A model generated the notes under the pieces. The model was not told the DNA's origin and made no database searches. It saw nothing but the letters and a program-made list of their open reading frames with translations. A stretch of 64,000 bases of DNA from Theionarchaea archaeon (GTDB lineage Archaea > Methanobacteriota_B > Thermococci > Methanofastidiosales > SZ-28-30): the NCBI GenBank assembly GCA_018992565.1, contig JACVGW010000002.1, positions 1 to 64,000 on the forward strand, written 5' to 3'. Both the position numbers and the translations under genes were made by a program. Positions 55,965 through 64,000 of this stretch are shown here, in pieces; position 1 is the first letter of the stretch, and every line of letters starts with the position of its first letter.

Positions 55965-57641
55965 TCATGGCTCTGTCATTTTGCCGCCTGCAGCAATAGC
56001 TTCTGCCACTTTTTCCAGGAACCCAGGAGGAGGTGGCGCTTCCTTATTCTTGTTGTATGGGCATTTCAACGGGAATTCCCAGTGATCATTGACACAGAAG
56101 CAGCATGATCCTTCAGTGCGGGTTAAGTACCCAGAACCATCCGTGCCATCCGTATAGAAAAGTTTTTTCGCGCGGTAGAGACTGCCCAAGACCTCGGCCA
56201 TGGTGCTGTGTACATCGTAGAACCCTTTCATCAGAACAGACAGTGCACTCGTATATTTTTCCTTTAAATCGTTCATGACACCCTGTGCATCCTCTATTAA
56301 CTCCAGTGCTATGAAGTCCTCTTTCTTCTGGGAAGGCACATATTCAACCCTCTTGTGGTCATTCTTCAGGAACTGGTAGCAATCAAAATATTCTGTCTTA
56401 AATGCATCCCAATCCTCTGGGCTCATGCGGAACTGCGGAAGGAAATTGGAAGCGTATGAAAAGTGCGGGGTAACCACGATCTGGGTTGTTAAGGAATACT
56501 TCATCTCATCGATTGTGGTGGAAAATCTAAAGACGCACGGATTGTCCGTATCGGTGGTGCTGCGAAACAGCGTGAATGCCCCGTCTTCAGGATGGGAAGG
56601 CAGTGGGGGATTTGCTGAAATGTATTTCCCGAATGCTCCCTCGAACATGGTGTATGTTGCCTCGCCCACCAGGAAGAGCACCACAGGTCTGGTCTGCACG
56701 AGCTGTTTCATGGCGAAGGCATTCGTAGAGACACAGTTGGTGATAATGGTATTCTCGCTTTGAGAAGTCCCTCCTAGGTAATCAGGGGACCAGTGAGGTG
56801 AAGCACATGCTACCATGTCTAGCTGGCAGACATCTTCTCCCATGCGTAATTGAGCATCTTTGTGTCCTTCATCCTGTAAGTAGTGCTGGAATTGTTCAAG
56901 TACTGGAATGAACTGTTCGTAATACTCTTCTTTCTGCTGGTACACTTCAACATTCTGCCCCGGTGGGACAGTGAGTCGCGCAGCAATGATGTCACCTTTT
57001 TGAAACCGGTTGGTTGGAGGGTAGGTATCGAACAACAGGACATACCGCGGTTCACCCAGGTTGCGCTCAAGAGGAATTTTGGTCTCTTTTTCAGAGCTAT
57101 CATATTGTACATATACCACGAAATTCGGGGAATCACTCGTTCGCTCTGATGAAACAACAGTACCAGAATCTTCTGCAATGATCTGCCCCTCTGGCAGGAG
57201 TTGACTTTTGATAAAGTCAAGACTGAAACATTCCTGATAGATGGTACGATACCGGTAGTAATAACTGTACTTTATGTATTCGTCAGTATTGTCATTACCT
57301 GTGGAATGCAGGTAACACCAGGAGGCTCCTTTCTGACCTGGAGAAAATGCTGTCAAATTGGGGTTGATACCGATGGTCATGATAGGTGCCTTGCGGCATC
57401 CATCCATGATTTCAGGGTTGGGGAATCCAGGTTCTGACGTCTTGCCTGCTACCCAGGGCGAAGGTGGGGGCTGTTCTTGGGGTGTATTCGAGGTGAAATC
57501 ATAGGTGGGAAAGGGTCCATAGGGCTGCGGCTTTTCCGGGGGCCAGAAATAGTGACAGGTACGGCAGGGTCGCACAGTGTAGACAAGAGCGACTTCTAAG
57601 GGATCAGAAGAAAGTTGAGAATTTTTTGGTGAGTTGGACAT
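55965..57641 (-). CDS. Large Cys-rich protein with a putative uracil-DNA-glycosylase-superfamily fold
   Basis: IMTIGINPN, LDMVACAS, QLVQTRPVVLFLVGE and VVTPHFSY occur in UDG-fold order; also N-terminal CRTC and C-terminal CCFC...CPY. Confidence 0.5.
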   Translation of the reverse strand: MSNSPKNSQLSSDPLEVALVYTVRPCRTCHYFWPPEKPQPYGPFPTYDFTSNTPQEQPPPSPWVAGKTSEPGFPNPEIMDGCRKAPIMTIGINPNLTAFSPGQKGASWCYLHSTGNDNTDEYIKYSYYYRYRTIYQECFSLDFIKSQLLPEGQIIAEDSGTVVSSERTSDSPNFVVYVQYDSSEKETKIPLERNLGEPRYVLLFDTYPPTNRFQKGDIIAARLTVPPGQNVEVYQQKEEYYEQFIPVLEQFQHYLQDEGHKDAQLRMGEDVCQLDMVACASPHWSPDYLGGTSQSENTIITNCVSTNAFAMKQLVQTRPVVLFLVGEATYTMFEGAFGKYISANPPLPSHPEDGAFTLFRSTTDTDNPCVFRFSTTIDEMKYSLTTQIVVTPHFSYASNFLPQFRMSPEDWDAFKTEYFDCYQFLKNDHKRVEYVPSQKKEDFIALELIEDAQGVMNDLKEKYTSALSVLMKGFYDVHSTMAEVLGSLYRAKKLFYTDGTDGSGYLTRTEGSCCFCVNDHWEFPLKCPYNKNKEAPPPPGFLEKVAEAIAAGGKMTEP

Positions 57642-57644
57642 TTG

Positions 57645-58400
57645 TTACCCTCCATGAAAAGGTGAGCGCCTCTTAAATTGAAGGTTCAGGCAGTCACCAC
57701 TGGTAATGGTGAGGCCTTCCCAGTCGTCCCACAGTCCCGCAGGCAGCGAGACAGGTGTAGCATCTTTTAACAGGATCAGTACTGCAAGTTCTGCTAAGTC
57801 TCTAATTGAGGAGTTTCTCCCTTCCAAGGCAACCCAGTGTTCCCAGTAGACCACGTAGTCAGTTCCAGCACAGATGATGGCTCCATCCAGTCCTTCAGGC
57901 TTGCGATTCTGTTGGTGGTGCGCCCATGCTTCAATATGAGATAAGAATTCTTTGGGTGTCTGGTCCTCAGGGCGTCCTCCCACGAGATGGGTCACCACAC
58001 CGTGCATCCAGTCAGCAGGTGTGTCATACAGGTAGTAGGGCTTTTCTGCCTCAAATGTCTTACCCAGGTATTCAGGGAAGTCAGCAGTACTCGGGGGACC
58101 AAAGAGAGGGCCGTGTGTCAGAACATAGATGCGCTCTGCCAATGTCTTGAATGCATCATGATACGTTTTCTGGCTTTCCCAGAATAGGATTGCAGTCTCA
58201 TCCGGGACAGTCCCCGGTTTCTCAATGCCGGCAGGGAAGGCAGGCACATACACGTGCATCCCTAGCTGTCTTTCCATTTCAACTGCTGCAGGCACGAATA
58301 CAGACCCCGATTTCTGGAAAAATTCACGTAATTCTACCTCTTTCCGTTTATAACCCCGCCATACCCGCACTGCACCTGCGGGCACTTGAATATTGTGCAT
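57645..58400 (-). CDS. Hypothetical protein, possibly tandem EthD-like alpha/beta-barrel domains
   Basis: PDETAILFWESQKTYHDAF resembles the EthD-type DxhhxhWxxS motif; internal member of the operon. Confidence 0.55.
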   Translation of the reverse strand: MHNIQVPAGAVRVWRGYKRKEVELREFFQKSGSVFVPAAVEMERQLGMHVYVPAFPAGIEKPGTVPDETAILFWESQKTYHDAFKTLAERIYVLTHGPLFGPPSTADFPEYLGKTFEAEKPYYLYDTPADWMHGVVTHLVGGRPEDQTPKEFLSHIEAWAHHQQNRKPEGLDGAIICAGTDYVVYWEHWVALEGRNSSIRDLAELAVLILLKDATPVSLPAGLWDDWEGLTITSGDCLNLQFKRRSPFHGG

Positions 58401-58420
58401 AGTCCACCTCGTTGTTCGAC

Positions 58421-59584
58421 CTAGTCCATTCCGGCAATGATTGCCCAGTTGGCCAGGACGCTGTTGACGCTGGTCCAGTATCCATAGATATCATAGAACC
58501 AAGTTGCCCAGAACTCCTGTACGCTTGGGGACTTTGAGGGGAGGTCTCCATTGATCTGTGGATCAGAGAAATTCCTAATGGAAGCCCAGCATGGGGGGTT
58601 ATCCATTTCAGATAGCACCATGCCTAGGACAGCATCATCCATCTCCACCGCAATTCCCATCTTGTCCAGATCGTTGGATGAGGTACCGAACAGGAATATA
58701 TCTGTGGTGATGATTGGCCAGAATTTTGCCGTGTTACCTGCACCATCCAGCTGAATCACTGGTTGTGGGGGAGGTGGTTGAAGCGGGGAACCGGTGTACT
58801 GTTTAGTGGGTGCGTCACAGGGAGGTTGTGCAATATTGGACTTCAGGCTGTCCATGGCATCAACAGCTGTGGAGAACCAGGTATCCTTAATATCCCAGTT
58901 CGAAGTATACTTCTTGTTGTTGAAGGGCTCGTTCTTGAAATCCTTTTTCAAGTAGAAGAGAGCACCGCGCGTGACCGCCACACCTCCCAGGGGCTGGGAT
59001 TCACTGACACCTCCCGCTGTACCGGTGGTGAGGAACACTTTCGGGGTTGCTTCTTTGGTAATCTGGGCAAATAAATCCTTTATGGGCAACGTATATGTCC
59101 CCTGATCTGTCTTCTTGGCGTCCTGTGCCAAGTGGAGTTCAGATTTGTAGCATAGAACTGTTTTTGTGCCAATCTTGGTCAGGAAATAGCTGCCCAGTCT
59201 CTTGCTCTTGGAAGCAGGTGCACCATCACGGATCAATGGTTCATAGTGCTCTTTGAAAAATCGGGTGTAGGGATACCATGCGTATCGTGTGTATCCAGGA
59301 GTGAAGACATCTGCCAATGCATCGCACTCAGCTACCGTGTAGGTCATGACAACAACGTCAGCAGATGGGAGCGGGTCCTCGGGTTGAGGTGCAGGTTGCA
59401 GCGGCTGTGGTTTTGGGACCAGGTTGTCAGGAAGGTGAATATTGAGGTCAGCAGTTCTTAATTCGCTTTCAGAAAGGGTAGAAAGATCAGGAGTCACCTG
59501 AAAATCCTGCTCTGTCATACCTGCAGACAAGATTCTGCGGGCAAGGTCCTGACGCACATCAAGGTCTATATCTTCTTCTGTCAT
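58421..59584 (-). CDS. Divergent purine/uridine nucleoside phosphorylase (PNP/MTAN) fold protein
   Basis: DVVVMTYTVAE, FLTTGTAGGV, IITTD, AVEMDD and SIRNFSD in PNP_UDP order. Confidence 0.7.
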   Translation of the reverse strand: MTEEDIDLDVRQDLARRILSAGMTEQDFQVTPDLSTLSESELRTADLNIHLPDNLVPKPQPLQPAPQPEDPLPSADVVVMTYTVAECDALADVFTPGYTRYAWYPYTRFFKEHYEPLIRDGAPASKSKRLGSYFLTKIGTKTVLCYKSELHLAQDAKKTDQGTYTLPIKDLFAQITKEATPKVFLTTGTAGGVSESQPLGGVAVTRGALFYLKKDFKNEPFNNKKYTSNWDIKDTWFSTAVDAMDSLKSNIAQPPCDAPTKQYTGSPLQPPPPQPVIQLDGAGNTAKFWPIITTDIFLFGTSSNDLDKMGIAVEMDDAVLGMVLSEMDNPPCWASIRNFSDPQINGDLPSKSPSVQEFWATWFYDIYGYWTSVNSVLANWAIIAGMD

Positions 59585-59610
59585 TATATCATCTCCTTTG
59601 TAAATGATGA

Positions 59611-61536
59611 TTAGCCCGTGTCCGGGTAGAGCTCCTTTCTCACTTCGTATAACTCCAGTTCATCCAGTGTCTCTTCCAGTGGGTAGGCAGTCTCAGGGTT
59701 GTACCCCATTGCCTTGTAGTAGTTCTTCTTGGCAGTCTCAACATCAGGTGAGTTCTCTGCATCGGGTCCTTCTTTCAGGGGAGGAATCCCCTTTGCACGG
59801 TCTGTCATCACGGTATCACCTGGGCGGATGCCCTCGCGGATGTTGAAAGAGTGGCGAATCGTCTTTATTCTCCTGCCAATCATAAGGTAGTCTTCAAAGT
59901 TCTTCTTCCAGCCAGTGGCGTAATTTATCCATTCTACCAGTGGAGGAGTTAATCCCCCGCTGAACCCAAAAGCACACAACCCCAACCCTTCAACTAAATC
60001 CATCATGCAGCTGGCATCCCGCAGATCATCTCCCTGGTTGACATCTGCATGTTTGCGCCCGAAGGGGCGGGGATACAATGTCCTGTATGGATCTGTTTTT
60101 CTGTACTTGTCACACGCATCCAATGTGCTCGTGTGTCTTCCTGGTGTGGGCTCTGCCTCGTAGCCAACACCCAATCCCAAGTTCTCATTATCGGGAACAC
60201 GCGGGTCATGCATGGGAAGTTCCTGCCCTCCTGCATTCACTGCGTATGATATAGAGGACTTACCTTTTGACCCGAAGTGCTCACAAGCCTTTTTCACACC
60301 CATGCGCAGGTACTGGCCAATTCCCTCTCCGTTGATCATTTTTTGAACCAGTTGAACAACGGCTTCTGCATTACCCCAGGTCAATTCCAGCCCACCTGTG
60401 TCCTCTTTCGTGATAACGCCATTCTCGTACGCTTCAAATGCCCAGGAAACCACAGCACCACAACTGATAGTGTCGATACCCGCCCGGTTCAACATGTCAT
60501 TAATTTTGATAATTCTCCTTACATCGTTGCAGAGCAACATGGTGCCAAAACTGCATAACGTCTCGTACTCAGGCTTGTGCGCGTCCTGCAACGGGTAAGG
60601 ACCATCCTTCACCGTCATGCGACCACCGCAGCGAACAGGACAGTGATAGCACCCATACGTTTCTACCTCGTAGTTGGTGACAGCATCATCTGAAATTCTC
60701 TTGGCTACCTCTTCAGGAAAATCTGTTATTCCCGCACCTTTCCAGTTCTTCACCGGGGATTCGCCACACTCAGCGAAGTAGCTCACGAAGGCAGGCGTCC
60801 CCCAGGTTCTGAATTTCACAATGTGGGGATCTTTGAAAACATCTTCCAAGAAGAGTCCTGAATACTGTGCAAGAGACTTCTGATCATACACCCTCGTACT
60901 GGCATTCCCCCTGATGCAGACTGCTTTCAGCTTTTTTGATCCCATGACAGCACCCAGCCCGCTCCTGGCAGCAAGTCGTCCCTTGTCGGTAACAACACCT
61001 GCTATCAGTGAGAGTGTTTCCCCTGCGGGTCCAATGCAGGCAGTCTCGAACTCTTTTCCGTGTTTTTTCCGGAGATAATCATCAGTGAAGGTTGTATCTT
61101 TACCCCAGATTTCAGATGCATCTATCAGTTCTTTCTTACCATCATCAATGAGCAAGTACACAGGCGAAGGGCTCACACCGGTGAAGAAAAAGCCATCATA
61201 CCCTGTTTTCTTGATTGCGGGAGCAAAGTAACCGCCGCAGTTGGCATCACCCCACGTCCCTGTCAGCGGGCTTTTTCCAGCAACCATCCAGCGTCCATTC
61301 ATGAGGGCACCCGTACCTGTGAGCAAGCCGCTCATCACACAGAAGATGTTCTCCGGTCCCAGTGGATCTGCCCCTGGTTTCTGGCGATCAAAAAGGATCT
61401 TGGCGGCCAACCCGTATCCTGAAAGAAATTTCTCGTAGTACTCGTCTGGAATGACTTCTTCTGTGATAGCTCCCGTCTCAAGATTGACCCACAGAATCTT
61501 ACCCATGTACCCGAATTTTTGAGGTTCATTTCCCAT
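59611..61536 (-). CDS. Tungsten aldehyde:ferredoxin oxidoreductase family enzyme
   Basis: GYMGKILWVNL, KSPLTG, AARSGLGAVMGSKKLKA, CYHCPVRC, EYET, DTIS and GLC motifs; GGAGGTGA RBS before ATG 61536. Confidence 0.95.
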   Translation of the reverse strand: MGNEPQKFGYMGKILWVNLETGAITEEVIPDEYYEKFLSGYGLAAKILFDRQKPGADPLGPENIFCVMSGLLTGTGALMNGRWMVAGKSPLTGTWGDANCGGYFAPAIKKTGYDGFFFTGVSPSPVYLLIDDGKKELIDASEIWGKDTTFTDDYLRKKHGKEFETACIGPAGETLSLIAGVVTDKGRLAARSGLGAVMGSKKLKAVCIRGNASTRVYDQKSLAQYSGLFLEDVFKDPHIVKFRTWGTPAFVSYFAECGESPVKNWKGAGITDFPEEVAKRISDDAVTNYEVETYGCYHCPVRCGGRMTVKDGPYPLQDAHKPEYETLCSFGTMLLCNDVRRIIKINDMLNRAGIDTISCGAVVSWAFEAYENGVITKEDTGGLELTWGNAEAVVQLVQKMINGEGIGQYLRMGVKKACEHFGSKGKSSISYAVNAGGQELPMHDPRVPDNENLGLGVGYEAEPTPGRHTSTLDACDKYRKTDPYRTLYPRPFGRKHADVNQGDDLRDASCMMDLVEGLGLCAFGFSGGLTPPLVEWINYATGWKKNFEDYLMIGRRIKTIRHSFNIREGIRPGDTVMTDRAKGIPPLKEGPDAENSPDVETAKKNYYKAMGYNPETAYPLEETLDELELYEVRKELYPDTG

Positions 61537-61831
61537 GTTTTTCACCTCCGTATACTGGAGTCCAGTAGATCAAAAGGCTACGGCCGGCTCGTCTACAGTA
61601 AAGAGAAACCCCGAGCCATAGTGAGTACGTTAATTACTTCGCCACTGGACATATCTCGTCTCTATCAGGGGAACTATAAAAGGGTTTGCAATTTTATTGG
61701 TTACTGCACTTTTGTGCTAATTCCAATTCATATACAATACTTTAATGTCTTTTTTACTTGTGAATATGAATTGCTGCAGAAAACAGTAATAGGATGACCA
61801 ACTTTAAAAGGACTCAGGGAAGAATGAGTAC

Positions 61832-62635
61832 ATGCCAGAACTTCCGGATCTGGAAGTGCTGAGAGAACGACTGGAGTCCTTGATTGGAGACACCATTTCA
61901 GAGGTGGAGATATTATTTCCCCTAACTTTTCGTGTTTTGATAGAAGGCACTCCCCAGAGCGTACTCCTGCATCAACCAGTACAGAGAATTACCAGAAGGG
62001 GGAAGCTCTTGATATTTGAGCTTGATAGTCTGTTTCTTGTTATGAACCTCATGCTGACAGGGAGGTTGCAGCTGACCAGCGCACCTGACACATCCCGCTA
62101 TCCTGTGGTTATCATTCATTTTGAATCAGGGACTGCCTTGAAGATTATGGACTACAAGAAGATGGGCAAAATCTACATAACAGATGATCTCAAGAGAGTA
62201 CCTCAGTACACAAAGCTCGGGGTGGAACCTCTAAGCGAAGAATTTAGTGTGGAGGTTCTTTCACGCATACTCACTGATTCACGGCCAGTTAAGGTGGTTT
62301 TGACTGACCAGAGCAAGATTGCAGGAATTGGAAATGCATATGTGGATGAAATACTCTTTCACGCCAAAATAAATCCTAGAAGAAGAGCTGATTCAATGAA
62401 TCCAGAGGAGATAGTATATCTGTATGATTCCATCCTGACAGTGTTGAACAATGGAATCAAGAACCTCAGCGAAAGGGCTGGCGACATGTCAGAAGAAGTC
62501 CGTGATTTCCTGCTCGTACATGGGAAGAAAGGCCAGAGGTGTCCAACATGCGGGGCTCAAATTAAGGAAATTGAAGTTTCCAGGAGAGTCACTCATGTAT
62601 GCCCTTCCTGCCAGAAGGTTACGCTCCCCTGGTAG
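61832..62635 (+). CDS. Fpg/Nei family DNA glycosylase
   Basis: N-terminal MPELPD, RRGK, H2TH AGIGNAYVDE and C-terminal CPTC...CPSCQ zinc finger. Confidence 0.93.
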   Translation: MPELPDLEVLRERLESLIGDTISEVEILFPLTFRVLIEGTPQSVLLHQPVQRITRRGKLLIFELDSLFLVMNLMLTGRLQLTSAPDTSRYPVVIIHFESGTALKIMDYKKMGKIYITDDLKRVPQYTKLGVEPLSEEFSVEVLSRILTDSRPVKVVLTDQSKIAGIGNAYVDEILFHAKINPRRRADSMNPEEIVYLYDSILTVLNNGIKNLSERAGDMSEEVRDFLLVHGKKGQRCPTCGAQIKEIEVSRRVTHVCPSCQKVTLPW

Positions 62636-62711
62636 GGGTCTCTCCCTTTTTGACCCATATACAACAATTCTATTTCAGGGTCAAATTGCCAAAAAGTGAA
62701 AGAAAAAGGTG

Positions 62712-64000
62712 TTATACCTTTTTCAGAGCCTTCTCAAAGATATCCAATGCGAGATCTGCCTGTTCTTCTGCAACGATTAAGGGAGGTACAAATCGGATAG
62801 AGCTCTTCCCGCAGGGCAGGAGTAGCAATCCATTCTTCCAGGATTCAAAGATGATTTTCTCCACTTCTTTCTTCGCATGTTCCTTTGTTTTCCTGTCTTT
62901 TACCAGTTCGCAGGCGATCATTAACCCTTTGCCTCGTACATCTCCAATAAGGGAGTGGTTCTCGTACATCTCTTTCAGCCGTTTCAGCATATGGGCCCCA
63001 ACCTTGGCCGCGTTGTCCACAAGTTTACTGGTGAGTAAGTCAATGGTGGCAAGGGATGCAGCACAGGACACAGGGTTTCCTCCAAATGTTGAAGCATGCG
63101 CACCAGGAGGCCACGACATAATCTCAGAAGAGGCAACACAGGCACCCAAGGGCATACCACTGGCAATCCCCTTGGCCATACATATCACATCCGGGACAAC
63201 GCCCCAGTGTTCAACTGCAAACATCTTACCCGTTCTGCCAAACCCTGACTGGACTTCGTCATCCACCAGCAGAATGTTGTGCTCATCACATATCTTCTTT
63301 ATCTTGCTGAAAAACTCTGGAGGAGGAACGACGTACCCGCCTTCTCCCTGGATAGGTTCAGCAAATATCGCTGCGACATCAGTTGGAGGGACAACTTTCT
63401 CCAGATAGTGCTCAATGTATGCTATGCATTCAAACCCACAGCTGCCATATTCCTGGTTGAAAGCACACCGATAGCAGTAGGCGTAGGGTACATGGGTCAC
63501 GTCAGGCACAAGAGGACTGAACCGCTCTTTTTGAATAGCTTTGGACGCCGTCAATGAGAGGGCCCCCATGGTCCTTCCATGAAATGCTCCTAAGAAGGCA
63601 ATCATTTTTACTCGTCGTGTGTACCATCGGGCTACCTTGAGCCCGCACTCAACAGCCTCCGCCCCTGAGTTTCCAAAGAATACTCTCTTATCAAAGTCTC
63701 CTGGAGTAATCTGTGTCAGTTTTTGAGCCAGATCTACCTGCTCTGTATAGTAGAAGTCTGTCCCTGACAGGTGGATTAATTTGTCTGCCTGCTTCTTTAT
63801 AGCTTCCACGACCTTGGGATGGGAGTGGCCGGTGGCACAGACTGCAATACCTGCTGCAAAATCATAGAAGGTGTTTCCATCTACATCCTCAATGATCATC
63901 CCTCGCCCCGCTTTGGCAACCAGAGGATATGATCGGGTATAGCTCGTTGAGATGTACTTCTCATCCTTTTTGAGGATTTCTTCCGCCTTTGGCCCCGGAA
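62712..64000 (-). CDS. Class III PLP aminotransferase (acetylornithine/4-aminobutyrate type); 5' end off the window
   Basis: NSGAEA, FHGRT, EPIQGEGG, DEVQSGFGRTG, MAKG and TFGGNP motifs; the frame stays open to the window edge (PGPKAEEILKKD). Confidence 0.95.
   Translation of the reverse strand, partial: PGPKAEEILKKDEKYISTSYTRSYPLVAKAGRGMIIEDVDGNTFYDFAAGIAVCATGHSHPKVVEAIKKQADKLIHLSGTDFYYTEQVDLAQKLTQITPGDFDKRVFFGNSGAEAVECGLKVARWYTRRVKMIAFLGAFHGRTMGALSLTASKAIQKERFSPLVPDVTHVPYAYCYRCAFNQEYGSCGFECIAYIEHYLEKVVPPTDVAAIFAEPIQGEGGYVVPPPEFFSKIKKICDEHNILLVDDEVQSGFGRTGKMFAVEHWGVVPDVICMAKGIASGMPLGACVASSEIMSWPPGAHASTFGGNPVSCAASLATIDLLTSKLVDNAAKVGAHMLKRLKEMYENHSLIGDVRGKGLMIACELVKDRKTKEHAKKEVEKIIFESWKNGLLLLPCGKSSIRFVPPLIVAEEQADLALDIFEKALKKV

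Noticed and set aside
62599..63408. Long antisense ORFs (also 49036-49638, 13181-13684, 52322-52834)
   Set aside because: They are shadows of well-supported genes on the opposite strand, with no motifs of their own.

Overview
This is archaeal chromosomal DNA. Evidence: archaeal ribosomal proteins L18e/L13/S9/S2, Rpo10/RpoN, archaeal DtdA, a BHB-intron tRNA-Pro and TATA/BRE-like promoters. Gene content suggests an anaerobic heterotrophic euryarchaeon, possibly Theionarchaea/Thermococci-like (inference only). It is a scaffold with two 100-N gaps. Core content: archaeal (modified) mevalonate pathway genes, a ribosomal/RNAP cluster, an FDR-methanoredoxin-PDO thiol-redox set, an ABC exporter, hypC/D/A, an argG-carA-carB-argH operon of a eukaryote/Bacteroidetes-like sequence type with a divergent ACT regulator, an NPP-sqdB-trx operon, radC, surface proteins, ilvE, three paralogous lipoproteins, AOR, Fpg/Nei and a class III aminotransferase. 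I saw no CRISPR array, rRNA or transposase. The best candidates for undescribed biology are: (1) a tight operon AOR - divergent nucleoside phosphorylase - EthD-like - Cys-rich UDG-fold protein, facing a beta-propeller gene (54972-61536); (2) a caspase-like (DUF4347-type) protease with a 50-aa repeat tail next to a ubiquitin-like/lipoyl-less GcvH fusion (44773-47043); (3) an LpdD-like prFMN chaperone inside the mevalonate operon; (4) a UDP-sulfoquinovose synthase with an extra Cys-rich N-terminal domain. All calls come from reading motifs by eye; no searches were run.
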